Assembly: GCF_009914755.1 (NCBI RefSeq)
Contig: NC_060925.1
Source of the DNA: the human T2T-CHM13v2.0 reference genome, Homo sapiens
DNA length: 64,000 bases
Reading direction: 5' to 3' (one strand)
Both the position numbers and the translations under genes were made by a program. The notes beneath the pieces were generated by a model, which did no database searches, had not been told where the DNA came from, and saw only the letters and a list, made by a program, of their open reading frames with translations. This document shows positions 13,572 through 29,300 of this stretch, piece after piece; position 1 is the stretch's first letter; each line of letters starts with the position of its first letter.

Positions 13572-16500
13572 TGACATATCTCTGAACTGATCAACAAAGT
13601 TATGTAACTCTTCTCTAGGCTCTGCCTACAGGGGCTTTGTGACATATCTCTGCACTGATCACCCAGGTGATGGGACTTTTGTCAAGGTTCTGCCTATGGG
13701 GCCATTGTGACATATCTCTACACTGATCACCCAGGTGATGTAACTCTTGTGTTGGATCTGCCTATGGGGGCATTGTGACATATTTCTGCACTGATGACCC
13801 AGGTGTTGGGACTCTTTTCTAGGCTCTGTGTATGGGGGCTTTGTGACATATCTCTGCACTGATCACCCAGGTGATGTAACGCTTGACTATGCTCTGCCTA
13901 CGGGGTATAGTGACATATCACTGCATTGATCACTGAGGTGATGTAACACTTGTCCAGGCTCTGCGTATAGGGGGCCTTGTGACATATCTCTGCACTGATG
14001 ATCTACGTGATGTAACTCTTGTTTACGCTCTGCCAGCAGGGGCATTGTGAAATATCTCTGCACTGATCACCCAGGTGATGTGTCCCTTCTCTAGGCTTTG
14101 CTTACTGGGGGCATTTCACACATGTCTGCCCTGATCACCCACGTGATGGACTATTGTCTTGGATTTGCCTATGGGGGCATTGTGACAGATCTCTGCACTG
14201 ATGAGCCAGGTGATGTAACTCTTGTCTAGGCTCTATTTACAGGGGGTATTGTGACATATCTCTGCACTGATCACCTAAGTGATGAAACAGTTGTGTAGGA
14301 TCTGCCTACAGGTGCTTTTTGACATATCTCTACACTGTTAACCGAGGTGACGTATCTCTTGTCTAGGCTGTGCCCACAGGTGGACATTGCCTGGTCTCTG
14401 CCTACTGGGGACATTGTGACATAACTCTGCACTGATCTCCCATGTGCTGTAACTTTAGTCTATGATCTGGCTACACGGCATTGTGACATATCACCGCACT
14501 GATCATCCAGGTGATATAACTCTTGTCTATGCTCTGCCTATAGGGGGCTTGTGACATATCTCTGCACTGATCACCCAGGTGATATAACTCTTCTCAAGGA
14601 TCTGCCTACACGGTGTTTTGTGACATCCCTGCAATGATCACCCAGGTGATATACCACTTGTCAAGGCTCTGCCTACAGGGGCATTGTGATATATATCTGC
14701 ACTGATCACCTAGGTCATGTAACTTATCTAGGCTCTGCCTACAGTGGCATTTTGACATATCTCTGCACTTATCACCCAGGTGATGTAACTCTTTTCTAGG
14801 ATCTGCCTACATGGTGCTTTGTGACATATCCCTGCAATGATCACACAGGTGATGTACCACTTGCCAAGGCTCTGCCTACAGGGAGATTGCGATGTATCTC
14901 TGCACTGATCACCTAGGTCATGTAACTCTTGTCTAAGCTCTGCCTACAGTGGCATTGTGACATATCTCGGCACTGATCATCCAAGTGATGTAACTCTTGT
15001 CTAGGATCTGCCTAAAGGGACTTTGTGACATAAATCTGCACTGATCATCCAGGTGTTGTGGCTTTTGTCTAGGCTCTGCCTAAGGGGGCATTGTGATATA
15101 TTTCTGCAATGATCACCCAGGTAACGGACTCATGTCTTGGGTCTGCCTTTCGGGGCATTGAGACATATTTCTGCACTGAGCACCCAGGTGATGAAACTGT
15201 TGTATAAGCTCTGCCTACAGGGGAATTGTGAGAGATGTTGCCACTGATCACCCAAGTGATGTAACTATTGTCTAGGCTTTGCCTACAGGGGGCTTTGTGT
15301 CATACCTTTGCACTGATTACACAGCTGATGTAAGTCATCTAAGTTCTGCCTACAGGAGCTTTGTGACATATCTCTGCACTGATCTCTTAGATGATGTAAC
15401 ACTTTTATAAGCACTGCCCACAGGGAATTTTGACAAATCACTGCATTGTTCACCTAGGTGATGTAACTGTTGTATAAGTTCTGCCTACAGGGGAATTGTG
15501 AGAGATCTCGCCACTGATCACCCAAGTGATGTAAGTATTGTCTAGGCTTTGCCTACAGGGGCTTTGTGACATACCTTTGCAATGATCACCCAGTTGATGT
15601 CACTTTTTTAAGTTCTGCCTACAGGAGCTTTGTGACATATCTCTGCACTGACCACTTAGGTGATGTAACAATTTTATAAGCACTGTAAACAGGGAAATTT
15701 TACAAATCTCTGCACTGATCACCTAGGTGATGTAACTCTTATCTACCCTCTGCCCAAAGGTGGCATTGTGAAATATCTCTGCACTGATCACTCAGGTGAT
15801 TCAACTCTTGTCTAGTATCTGCCTACAGGGGGTATTGTGACATATCTCTTCACTATTAACCGAGGTGATGTAACTCTTGTCTAGCCTCTGCCTACAGGGC
15901 CGTTTTCACATATCCCTGAACTGATGACAATGGTGATGTAACTCTTGCCTAGGCTTTGCCTACAGGGGACATTGTGATATATCTCTGCACTGATGATCTA
16001 GGTGAAGTAACTCTTGTCTAACCTCTGCCCAAAGGGGGCATTGTGAAATATCTCTGCACTGATCACCCAGGTGAAGGGACTCTTCTCTAGGTTCTGACTA
16101 CTGGTGTCATTCTCACATATTTCTGAACTGATCACCCAGGTGACGGACTCTTGTCTTGGATTTGCCTATGGGGGCATTGTGACATATCTCTGCACTGATC
16201 AGCCAGGTGTTGTAACTCTGGTCTAAGCTCTGCCTAAAATGGCATTGTGACAGATCTCTGCATTGATCACTCAGGTGATGTAACTATTGTCTAGGCTCTG
16301 CTTAAAGGGGCCTTGTCACATATCTCTGCACTGATCACCCAAGTGATGTAACTCTTGTCTAGGCTCTGCTTACGGGGGTATTGTGACATATCTCTGCACT
16401 GATCACCTAAGTGATGTAACACTTGTGTAGGCTCTGCTTACAGGGGCATTTTGACATATCTCTGCACTGTTAACCGAGGTGATGTAACTCTTGTCTAGGC

Positions 16501-19500
16501 TGTGCCCACTGTGGGATTGAGATATATCTCTGCACTGATCCCGAAGTGTTCTAACTCTTGTCTGGTCTCTGCCCACTGGGAACATTGTGACGTATCTCTG
16601 CACTGATCTCCCAGGTGCTATTGCTTTATTCTTGGCTATGGCTACAGGGCATTGTGACATATCACTGCACTGATCACCCAGGTGATATAACTCTTTTCTA
16701 GGCTCTGCCTACAGGGGGCTTGTGACATATCTCTGCACTGATCACCCAGGTGATGGGAGTTTTGTCTAGGCTCTGCCTATGCGGGCATTGTGAAATATCT
16801 CTACAATGATCACCCAGGTGATGTAACTCTTGTGTTGGATCTGCCTATGGGGATATTGTGACATATTTCTGCACTGATCACCCAGGTGATGGGACTCTTG
16901 TCTAGGCTCCTTGTATGGGGTATTTGTGAAATATCTCTGCACTGATCACCTAGGTGATGCAACGCTTGACTAGGCTCTGCCTATGGGGCATAGTGACATA
17001 TCACTGCATTGATCACTGAGGTGATGTAACTCTTGTCCAGGCTCTGCCTGTAGGGGGCCTTGTGACATATCTCTGCACTGATGATGTAGGTGATGTAACT
17101 CTTGCTTATGCTCTGCCTGCAGGTCAGAGATATTATTGAATATCTCTGCACTGATCACCCAGGTGATGGGAGTCTTCTTAAGGCTCTGCCTACTGGGGGC
17201 CTTGTCACATATTTCTGCACTGCTGACCCAGGTGACGGACTCCTGTCTTGGATTTGCCTATGGGGGCATTGTGACATATCTCTGCACTGATCACCCAGGT
17301 GATGTAAGTCTGGTCTAAGCTCTGCCTAAAGGGGCATTGTGACAGATCTCTGCACTGATCACTCAGGTGATGTGACTATTGTCTTGACTCTGCTTAAAGG
17401 GGCCTTTTCACATGTCTCTGCACTGATCACCCAGGTGATGTAACTCTTTTCTAGTCTCTGCCTACATAGGGCGTTGTGACATCACTCTGTGCGGATCACC
17501 CGGGTTATGTAACTCTTGTCTAGGATCTGCCTACGGGGGCATTGTGACTTATCTCTGCACTGATCACCCAGGAGATGTGACTCTTCTCTAAGCTCTGCCT
17601 AGAGGGATATTGGGACATATCTCTGCACTGATCACTGAGGTGCTGTAAAATTTGTCTAGGCTTTGCCTACAGTGGGATTTATGACATATCTCTGCACTGA
17701 TCACCCTGGTGATGTAACTCTTTTCTAGGCTCTGCTTACAGGGGGTACTGTGAGATATCTCTACACTGATCACCCAGGTGATGTAGCTCTTGTATAAGCT
17801 CTGTCTACAGAGGCATTTTCACATATCACTGCACTGATCACCGAGATGATGTAACTCTTGTATAGGCATCGCCGACAGGGGGCATTGAGACATATGTCTG
17901 CACTGATCACCGAGGTGATGCAACTCTTGTCTGGGATCTGCTTACAGGGGGCATTGTGACATATCTCTGCCCTGATCACCCAGGTGATGTAACTCTTTTC
18001 TAGGCTCTGCCTACTGGAGACATTATGACATATCTCCGCACTGATCACCCAGGTGATGTCACTTTTGTCAAGGATATGGCTACAGGGACATTGTGACATG
18101 TCACTGCACTGATCACACAGCTGATGTATCCTTGTCTAGGCTCTGGCTACAGGGGACTTGTGACACATGTCTGCACTGATCACCCAGGTGATGTAACCCT
18201 TTTCTAGGCTCTGCCAAAAGGCGGCATTGTGACATAATTCTGCACTGATCACCCAGGTGACGGGACTCTTGTCTAGGCTCTTCCTATAGGGGCATTGTGA
18301 CATCTCTGCAGTGGTCACGCAGGTGATATAACTCTTGTCTATATATGCCTAGTGGCGGCATTGTGGCATATTTCTGCACTGATCACCCAGGTGATGGACT
18401 CTTTTCTTGGATCTGCCTATGGGGGCATAGTGACATATCTCTGCACTGAACAGTCATGTGATGTAACGCTTGTCTAAGCTGCCCCTAAAGGAGTGTTGTG
18501 ACAGATATCTCCACTGGTCACCCAAGTGATGTAACAATTTTCTGGGATTTGTCTACAGGGGGGTTTGTGACATATCATTGCACTGATCACCCAGGAGATG
18601 AAACTCTTGTCTAGGCTCTGCCTGCAGGGGCTTTGTGACATATTTCTTCAGTGATCATCCAGGTGATATAACTCTTGTCTAGGCTCCACATACTGGGGGT
18701 ATTTTGAAGTATCTCTTCACTGATCACCCAGGTGATGTTACATTTATCTAGGATCTGCCTACAAGGGCGTTTCCACATGGCTCTGCACAGATCACATAGG
18801 TTATGTTACTCTTGTCAAATCTCTGCCTACAGGGGGCATAGTGACATATCACTGCATTGATCACCGAAGTGATGTAACTGTTGTCCAGGCTCTGCCTATA
18901 TGGGGCCTTGTGACATATCTCTGCACTGATCATCTAGGTGATGTAACTCCTGCTTATGCTCTGCCTGCAGGGCATTGTGAAATATCTCTGCACTGATCAC
19001 CCAGGTGATGGGACTCTACTCTAGGCTCTGCCTACTGGGGGCATTGTCACATATTTCTGCACTGATCACCCAGGTGATGGACTCTTGTCTTGGATTTGCC
19101 TATGGGGGCATTGTGACATATCTCTGCACTGATAACCCACGTGATGTAACCCTGGTCTCAGCTCTGCCTAAAGGGGCATTGTGACAGATCTCTGCACTGA
19201 TCACTCAGGTGATGTAACTATTGTCTAGGCTCTGCTTACAGAGGGTATTGTGACATATCTCTGCACTGATCACCTAAGTGATGTAACACTTGTGTAGGTT
19301 CTGCCTACAGGGGCATTTTGACATATCTCTGCATGTTAACCAGAGTGATGTAACTCTTGTCTAGGCTGTGCCCACAGGGGGATTGAGACATATCTCTGCA
19401 CTGATCCCAATGAGATCCAACTCTTGCCTGGTCTCTGCCTACTGGGGACATTGTAACATATCTCTGCACTGATCTCCCAGGTGCTGTAATTTTAATCTAG

Positions 19501-22500
19501 GCTCTGGCTACATGGCATCGTGACATATCACTGCACTGATCACCCAGGTGATATAACACTTGTCTAGACTCTGCCTACAGGGGGCCTGTGACATATCTCT
19601 GCACTGATCACCCAGGTGATATAACTCTTCTCTTGGATCTGCCTACAGGGTGCTTTGTGACATATCCGTGCAAAGATCATCCAGGTGATATACCACTTGT
19701 CAAGGCTCTGCCTACAGGGGCATTGCAATGTACCTTTGCAATGATCACCTAGGTCATGTAACTCTTGTCTAGGCTCTGCCTACAGTGGCATTGTGACATA
19801 TCTCTGCTCTGATCACCCAGGTGATGTAACTTTTGTATAAGCTCTGCCTACAGGGTAATTGTGAGAGATCTCGCCACTGATCACACAAGTGATGTAACTA
19901 TTGTCTAGGCTTTGCCTACAGGGGACTTTCTGACATATATTTGCACTGATCACCCAGGTGATGTAACTCATATAAGTTCTGCCTACAGGAGCTTTTTGAC
20001 ATATCTCTGCACTGATCACTTAGGTGATGTAACACTTTTATAAGGACTGCCTATGGGGAATTTTGACAAATCTCTCCACAGATCACCTAGGTGATGTAAC
20101 TCTTGTCTACCCTCTGCCCATAGGGAGCATTGTGAAATATCTGTGCACAAAACCACCCAGGTGATTCAACTCTTGTCTAGGATCTGCCTACAAGGGGTAT
20201 TGTGAAATATCTCTGCTCTGATCAACTAGGTGGTGTAACTCTTGTCTAGACTCTGCCTACAGGGGCGTTGTCACATATCCCTGAACTGATGACAAAGGTG
20301 ATGTAACTCTTGCCTAGGCTTTGCCTACAGGGGACATTGTGACACATATCTGCACTGATCACTTAGGTGATGCATCTCTTCTCTATGCTCTGCCTACAGG
20401 GGGCATTGTGACATATCTCTGCACTGATCACCCAGGTGATGTAACTCTTTTCTAGTCTCTGCCTACAGAGGGCGTTGTGGCATCACACCGCATGGATCAC
20501 TCAGGTTATGTAACTCTTGTCTAGGCTGTGCCTACAGAGGCATTGGGACTTATCTCTGCACTGATCACCCAGGAGATGTTACTCTTGTCTAAGCTCTGCC
20601 TATAGGGACATTGGGACAAATATCTGCACTGATCACTGATTTTATGAAAAACTTGTCTAGGCTTTGCCTACAGTGGGATTTATGACATATCTTTGCACTG
20701 ATCACCCAGGTGATGTAACTCTTTTCTAGGCTCTGCTTACATGGGGTATTGTGAGATATCTCTGCACTGATCACCCAGGTAGTGTAACCCATGTCTAGGC
20801 TCTGCCTACAGGGGCATTTTAAGATATCACTGCACTGATCACCAAGATGACGTAACTCTGGTATAGGCTTCGCCGACAGGGGGCATTGAGACATATCTCT
20901 GCACTGACCACCGAGGTGATGCAACTCCTGTCTGGGATATGCTTACAGGGGGCATTGTGACATATCGCTGCCTGATCATCCAGGTGATGTAACTCTTGTC
21001 TAGGCTCTGACTACTGGAGACATTGTGACATATCTCCTCACTGGTCACCCAGGTGTTGTCACTTTTGTCAAGGATATGGCTACAGGGATATTGTGACATG
21101 TCACTGCACTGATCACACAGTTGATGTAACACTTCTCTAGACTCTGGCTACAGGGGGTTTGTGACACATCTCTGCACTGATCACCCAGGTGATGTAACCA
21201 TTGTCTAGGCTCTGCCAAAAGGCGGCATTTTGACATAACTCTGCACTGATCACCCAGGTGATGGGACTCTTGTCTAGGTTCTGCCTACAGGGGCATTGTG
21301 ACATAACTCTGCAGTGATCACGCAGGTGATGAAACTCTTGTCTATATCTGCCTACTGGCGTCATTGTAGCATATTTCTGCACTGATCACGCAGTTGACAG
21401 ACTCTTGACTTGTGTCTGTGTATGGGGGCATAGTGACATATCTCTGCACTGATCACTTATGTGATGTAACGCTTGTCTAAGCTCCTCCTAAAGGGGAATT
21501 GTGACAGATATCTCCACTGATCACGCTGGTGTTGCAACAATTTTCTGGGATTTGTCTACAGGGGGCTTTCTGACATGTCTTTGCACTGATCACCCAGGAG
21601 ATGTAACTCTTGTCTAGGCTCGGCCTACATGGGATTTGTGACATATTTCTGCACTGATCACCCAGGTGATGTAACTCTTGTCTAGGCTCCACCTTCAGGG
21701 GTATTGTGGCGTATCTCTGCACTGATCACTCAGTTGATCTAACATTTATCTAGGCTCTGCCTACAGGGGCGTTTTGACATAGCTCTGCACAGATCACTAG
21801 GTTATGTAACTCTTGTTCACTCTCTGCCTACAGGGGGCATTGTGAAATATCTCTGCACTGATCACCCTGGTGATGGGACTCTTCTCTATACTCTGCCTAG
21901 AGGGGTATTTGTGACATATCTCTGCACTGATCACCCAGGTGATGTAACTCTTGTCTAGGCTCTGCCTACAGGGGCTTTGTGACATACCTCTGCACTGATC
22001 ACCCAGGTGATGTAAGTCTTGTCCAGGCTCTGCCTACAGGGGCTTTGTGACATACCTCTGCACTGATCACCCAGGTGATGTAACTCTTGTCTAGGCTTCA
22101 CCTACAGGGGGTATTGTGACGTATCTCTGCACTGATCACCCAGGTGATGTAACATTTATCTAGGCTCTGCCTACAGGGGCGTTTTGACATAGCTCTGCAC
22201 AGATCACCTAGGTTATGTAACTCTTGTCCACTCTCTGCCTACAGGGGGCATTGTGAAATATCTCTGCACTGATCACCCAGGTAATGGGACTCTTCTCTAT
22301 ACTCTGCCAAAAGGGCGTTTTGTGACATATCTCTGCACTGATCACCCAGGTGATGGAAGTCTTTTCTAGGCTCTGTCAATGGGGGCATTGTGTCAAATAT
22401 CTGCACTGATCACCCAGGTGATGTAACTCTTTCTAGGCTCTGTCTACAGGGATTTTTGTGACATATCACTGCACTGAACACCTAGGTGATGTAAGCCTTG

Positions 22501-23541
22501 TATGGGCTTTGCCTACAGAAGGCTTTGTGACATATCTATGCACTGATCTCTGAGGTGATGCAACTCTTGTCTAGGCACTGCCTACAGGGGATATTGGTAC
22601 ATATCTCTGCACTGATCACCCAGGTGATGGACTCTTGTCTCAGATCTGCCTACATGGACATTGTGACATGTCTCTGAATTGATCAACCAAGTGATGAAAC
22701 TCTTGTCTAGGTTCTGCCTACAGGGGCTTTGTGACACATCTGTACACTGATCACTCTGCAGAGGGAACTCTTGTCTACGCTCTGCCTACAGGAGACTTCA
22801 TGACTTATACCTGCACTCATAACCTGGGTGATGTAACAGTTGTCTAGACTCTGCCTACACGGGAATTCTCACATATCTCTGCACTGATCACCCAGTTGAT
22901 GTAACTCATTCCTAGGTTCAGCCTACAAGAGCGTTTTGACATATCTCTGCACTGATCACCCAGGTGATGTAACCCTTGTCTAAGCTCTGCCTACAGGGGC
23001 ATTGTGACAGATCTCTCCACTGCTCACCCAGGTGATGTAACAATTGTCAGGGCTTTGCCTACAGGGGGCTTTGTCATGTAGATTTCCACTGATCAAACAG
23101 GTGATGTAACCCTTGTCAAGTTTCTGCTTACAGGGGCTTTGTGACATAACTCTGCACTGATCACCCCAGGGAGGTAACACTTGTCTACACTCCGCCTACA
23201 GGAGGCTTTACAACTTATCCCTGCACTGATCACTAGGTGATGTAACACTTGTCTAGGCTCTGTCTACACGGGAATTTTCACATATCTCTACACTGATCAC
23301 CTAAGTGATGTAACCCTTGTCTAGGTTAAGACTACTGGGGATTTCTGACATACCTACGCACTGATCACCGAGGTGATGTAAATCATTTCCAGGCTTTTTT
23401 ACAGGGGACATTGTGATATATCTCTGCACTGATCACGGAAATGATGCAAATCTTCTCTAGTTTCTGCAGGGAGTGGGCATTGTGACACATTTCTGAACTG
23501 ATCATCCAGGAGATGTAACTATTCTCCAGGCTTTGACTTAA
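13572..23541 (-). repeat. Beta satellite array
   Basis: ~10 kb of 68-bp monomers with variants recurring in a fixed order. Confidence 0.97.
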
Positions 23542-24244
23542 GAGCGTCGGACGGTGTTGGGAGAGCCTCAGCCGTAGTTTCAGAGATGGACAAGGGCACA
23601 GAGAGGCCAGAGGGCTCCCTTGCACGTAACCCGGGGTGTGCAATGAGTGCAGGTCGAGACAGGAGGCCGGCAAAGAGAGCTAGATGTCTGCGTTCCACCA
23701 TGAGGCACTCCATGGTGGCAGCTGGGAGGCTGCAGGGGCACGGGTAGGCCAGCGATGGCAGCGCGGAGGCACAGAGGAGTAGAGCTGCCGGATGTGTTTC
23801 GGGCCTGGACGCTGCGCGTGCCCGGTGTTTCGCGGGATGGTGGTATGCACTCAGCCCAGGAGAGGACGCATTTTCTGGGGGTGTGTTGTGGAGGTGGGGA
23901 GGGGCTCGTCAGGCGGGGTAGGGTGGTAGAAAGTCATGAGAGCTCTGTCCGGGCTGCTCCCGCAGCCCAGCCGGCTGCCTGCAAACCCACACGTGCACAG
24001 TAGGCGACCCAACTGCTGGCACCTGTTCTGGGTCTGGTATCCCCGGGATGCCCAGGAAATAATGGCAGTTCTCCATTGTGTGGAGCCTCCCACCGGGCCT
24101 AGACCTAGAAGGCAGGAATCCCATGCTGGTCAGTCTGGTGGAGGGGGCGGGGTGAAGACGTGCCCCTCCGTAGCCAGCCAGTTGTTCCCCGCGAAAGAGA
24201 GGGCACTGCCGTGTCCCGACCCGACCCCGTCCCAATCCCTTGTC

Positions 24245-25697
<1,453 letters not shown>

Positions 25698-26308
25698 AAG
25701 CCCTCGGACAGCCCGCCCCACCACGGAAGGTTCCCAGGGCGTCGAGGCCTGCGGCCGGGGGGCGGTGGGGTGCGGTGGGTGGGCCTGGTTATGGCGGTGG
25801 TGGGGCCGGAGACAGGAAGAGGAAAGGGGCGAAGGGGAAGGGGTGAGGGGGGCGCGTTTCGGGGGCTTGCTCTCCGGACCTCTCCAGGAATCCCGTTGGA
25901 ACTGGAAGCTGATCTCTGGGCTCCCACACGTCTTCAGCAGGGAGAAACCGGCAAGGGAGGGTGGAGGGGAGTGTGGAACTGAACCTCCGTGGGAGTCTGG
26001 AGTGCTCCAGGCCCTCTCTCCGTGAAGGAGGCAGTGCCTATTGGTGTCGCCGTTGCCGGGACCGTCTCACACACGCAGGCGTGTGGCTCTCTTTCATTTC
26101 CACGTAGGAGACCAGAGTGAGACCCCAGAGAGAAGATGCCTCCCCGGCGTGATGGCCTGACGATGGATTGCCATGTGCGGCAACATGGGGAGTCTGCAGT
26201 GTGGCCGGTTTGGAAACTAGCAAGGAGAGTGAAGGCACCATGCCGGTCTTCCACCCTTCCCTGCATGTTTCCTGGTGCCCGTAGAGCTCCAGGAGCAAAC
26301 AGTCAGCA

Positions 26309-29300
26309 TGACACATCTCCGAACTGATCAACAATGTGATGTAACACTTGTCTAGGCTTTGCCTACAGGGGACATTGTGACATATCTCTACACTCATCAC
26401 CCAGGTGATGAAACTCTTCTCTATGCTCCTCCTGCAGGGGACATTGTGACATATCTCTACACTGATCACCCAGGTGATGTAACTGTTGTGTAAGCTCTGC
26501 CTACAGGGGAATTGTGAGAGATCTCGCCACTGATCACCCAAGTGATGTAACTATTGTCTTGGCTTTGCCTACAGGGGGCTTTTTGACATACCTTTGCACA
26601 GATCACCCAGGTGATGTACCTCATCTAACTTCTGTCAACAGGAGCTTTGTGACATATCTCGGCACTGATCACTTAGGTGATGTAAAACTTGTCTAGGCTT
26701 TGCCTATAGTGGGATTTATGTCATATCCCTGCACTGATCACCCAGCTGATGTAACTCTTGTCTAGGCTCTGCTTACAGGGGGTATTGTGAGATATCTCTG
26801 CACTGATCACGCAGGTGATAAAACTTGTCTAGGCTCTGCCTACAGGGGCATTTTAATATATCACAGCACTGATCACCGAGATGATGTAACTTTTGTATAG
26901 GCTTCACCGAGTGGGGTCATTGAGACATATCACTGCATTGATCACCGAGGTGATGCAACTCTTGTCTGGGATCTGGTTACAGGGGGCATTGTGACATACC
27001 ACTGCCCTGATCACCCAGGTGACGTAACTCTTGTCTAGGCTCTGCCTACTGGAGATATTGTGACATATCTCCACACTGATCACCCCGGTGATGTCACTTT
27101 TGTCAAGGATATGGCTACAGGGACATTCTGACATGTCACTGCACTGATCACACAGCTGATGTAACCCTTGTGTAGGCACTGGCTTCAGGGGTCTAGTGAC
27201 ACATCTCTGCACTGATCACCCAGGTGATGTAACGCTTGTGTAGGCTCTGCCAACAGGCAGCATTGTGACATAACTCTGCATTGATCACCCAGGTGATGGG
27301 ACTCCTGTCTAGGCTCTGCCTAGAGGGGCATTGTGACATTTCTCTGCAGTGATTACGCAGTTGATGTAACTCTTGTCTATATCTGCCTACTGGCGGCATT
27401 GTGTCATATTTCTGCACTGATCACCAAGGTGATGTAACTCTGGTCTAAGCTCTGCCAATAGGGGCATTGTGACAGATCTCTGCACTGATCACCCAGGTGA
27501 TGTACTCTTGCCTTGGCTCTGCCTATGGGACATTGTGACATATCTCTGCACTGATCACCCAGGTCATGCAACTCTGGTCTAAGCTCTGCCTAAACGGGCA
27601 TTGTGACAGATCTCTGCACTGATCACTCAGGTGATGTAACTACTGTGTAGGCTCTGATTAAAGGGGCCTTGTCACATATCTCTGCACTGATCACCCAGGT
27701 GATGTAACTCTTGTCTAGGCTCTGCTTAAAGGGGGTATTGTGACATATCTCTGCACTGATCACCTAAGTGATGTAACACTTGTGTAGGCTCTGCCTACAG
27801 GGGCATTTGGACATATCTCTACACTGTTAACCGAGGTGATGTAACTCTTTTCTAGGCTGTGCCCACAGGCGGATTGAGACATATCTCTGCACTGATCCCG
27901 AGGTGATCCAACTATTGCCTGCTCTCTGCCTACTGGGGACATTGTGACATATCTCGGCACAGATCTCCCAGGTGCTTTAACTTTAGTCTTGGCTCTGGCT
28001 ACAAGGCATCGTGACATATCACTGCTCTGATCACCCAGGTGATATAACTCTTGTCTAGGCTCTGCCTACAGGGGGCCTGTGACATATCTCTGCACTGATC
28101 ACCCAGGTGATATAACTCTTCTCTTCGATCTGCCTACAGAGTGTTATGTGACATATCACTGCAATGATCACACAGGTGATATACCACTTGTCAATGCTCT
28201 GCCTACAGCCGCATTGTGATGTATCTCTGCACTGATCACCTAGGTCATGTAACTCTTGTTTGGGCTCTGCCTACAGTGGCATTGTGACATATCTCTGCCC
28301 TGATCATCCAAGTGATGTAACACTTGTCTAGGATCTGCCTAAAGGGACTTTGTGACATAAATCTGCACTGATCATCCAGGTGATGGGGCTTTTGTCTAGG
28401 CTCTGCTTAATGGGGCATTGTGACATATTTCTGCACAGATCACCCATGTGATGGACTCTTGTCTTGGATCTGCGTATGGGGGCATTGTGACATATCTCTG
28501 CACTGATCACCCAGGTGTTGCAACTGTTGTATAAGCTCTGCCTACAGGGAAATTGTGAGAGACCTCTCCACTGATCATCCAAATGATGTAACTATTGTCT
28601 AGGCTTTGCCTACAGGGGGCTTTGTGACATACATTTGCACTGATCACCCAGGTGATATAACTCATCTAACTTCTGCCTACAGGAGCTTTCTGATATGTCT
28701 GCACTGATCACTTATGTGATGTAACATTTTTATAAGCACTGCCTACAGGGAAAGTTGACAAACCTCTGCACTGATCACCTATGTGATGTAAATCTTGTCT
28801 ACCCTCTGCCCAAAGGGGGCATTGTGAAATATCTCTGCACTGATCACCGAGGTGATTCAACTCTTGTCTAGTATCTGCCTACAGGGGATATTGTGAAATA
28901 TCTCTACACTGATCAGCTAGGTGATGTAACTGTTTTCTATGCTCGGCCTACAGGTGTGTTTACACATATCCCTGATCTGATGACAAAGGTGATGTAACTC
29001 TTGCCTAGGCTTTGCCTACAGGGGACATTGTGACATATCTCTGCACTTATCACCCAGGTGATGCAACTCTTCTGTATGCTCTGCCTACAGGGGCGTTGTG
29101 ACATATCTCTACACTGATCACCCAGGTGATGCAACTCTTCTCTATGCTCTGCCTACATGGGGCATTGTGACATATCTCTGCACTGATCACCCAGGTGATG
29201 TAACTCTTTTCTAGTGTCTGCCTACAGAGGGCGTTGTGACATCACTCTGCACGGATCACTCGGGTTATGTAACTCTTGTCTAGGCTCTGCCTATTGGGGC

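Noticed and set aside
13572-23541. Many short ORFs with repeats such as ITWVISAEICHNAPCRQSLDKSY or LHHLGDQCRDMSQ (Cys/His-rich, zinc-finger-like)
   Set aside because: They are translations of the satellite monomer in different frames; the 68-bp period is not a multiple of 3.
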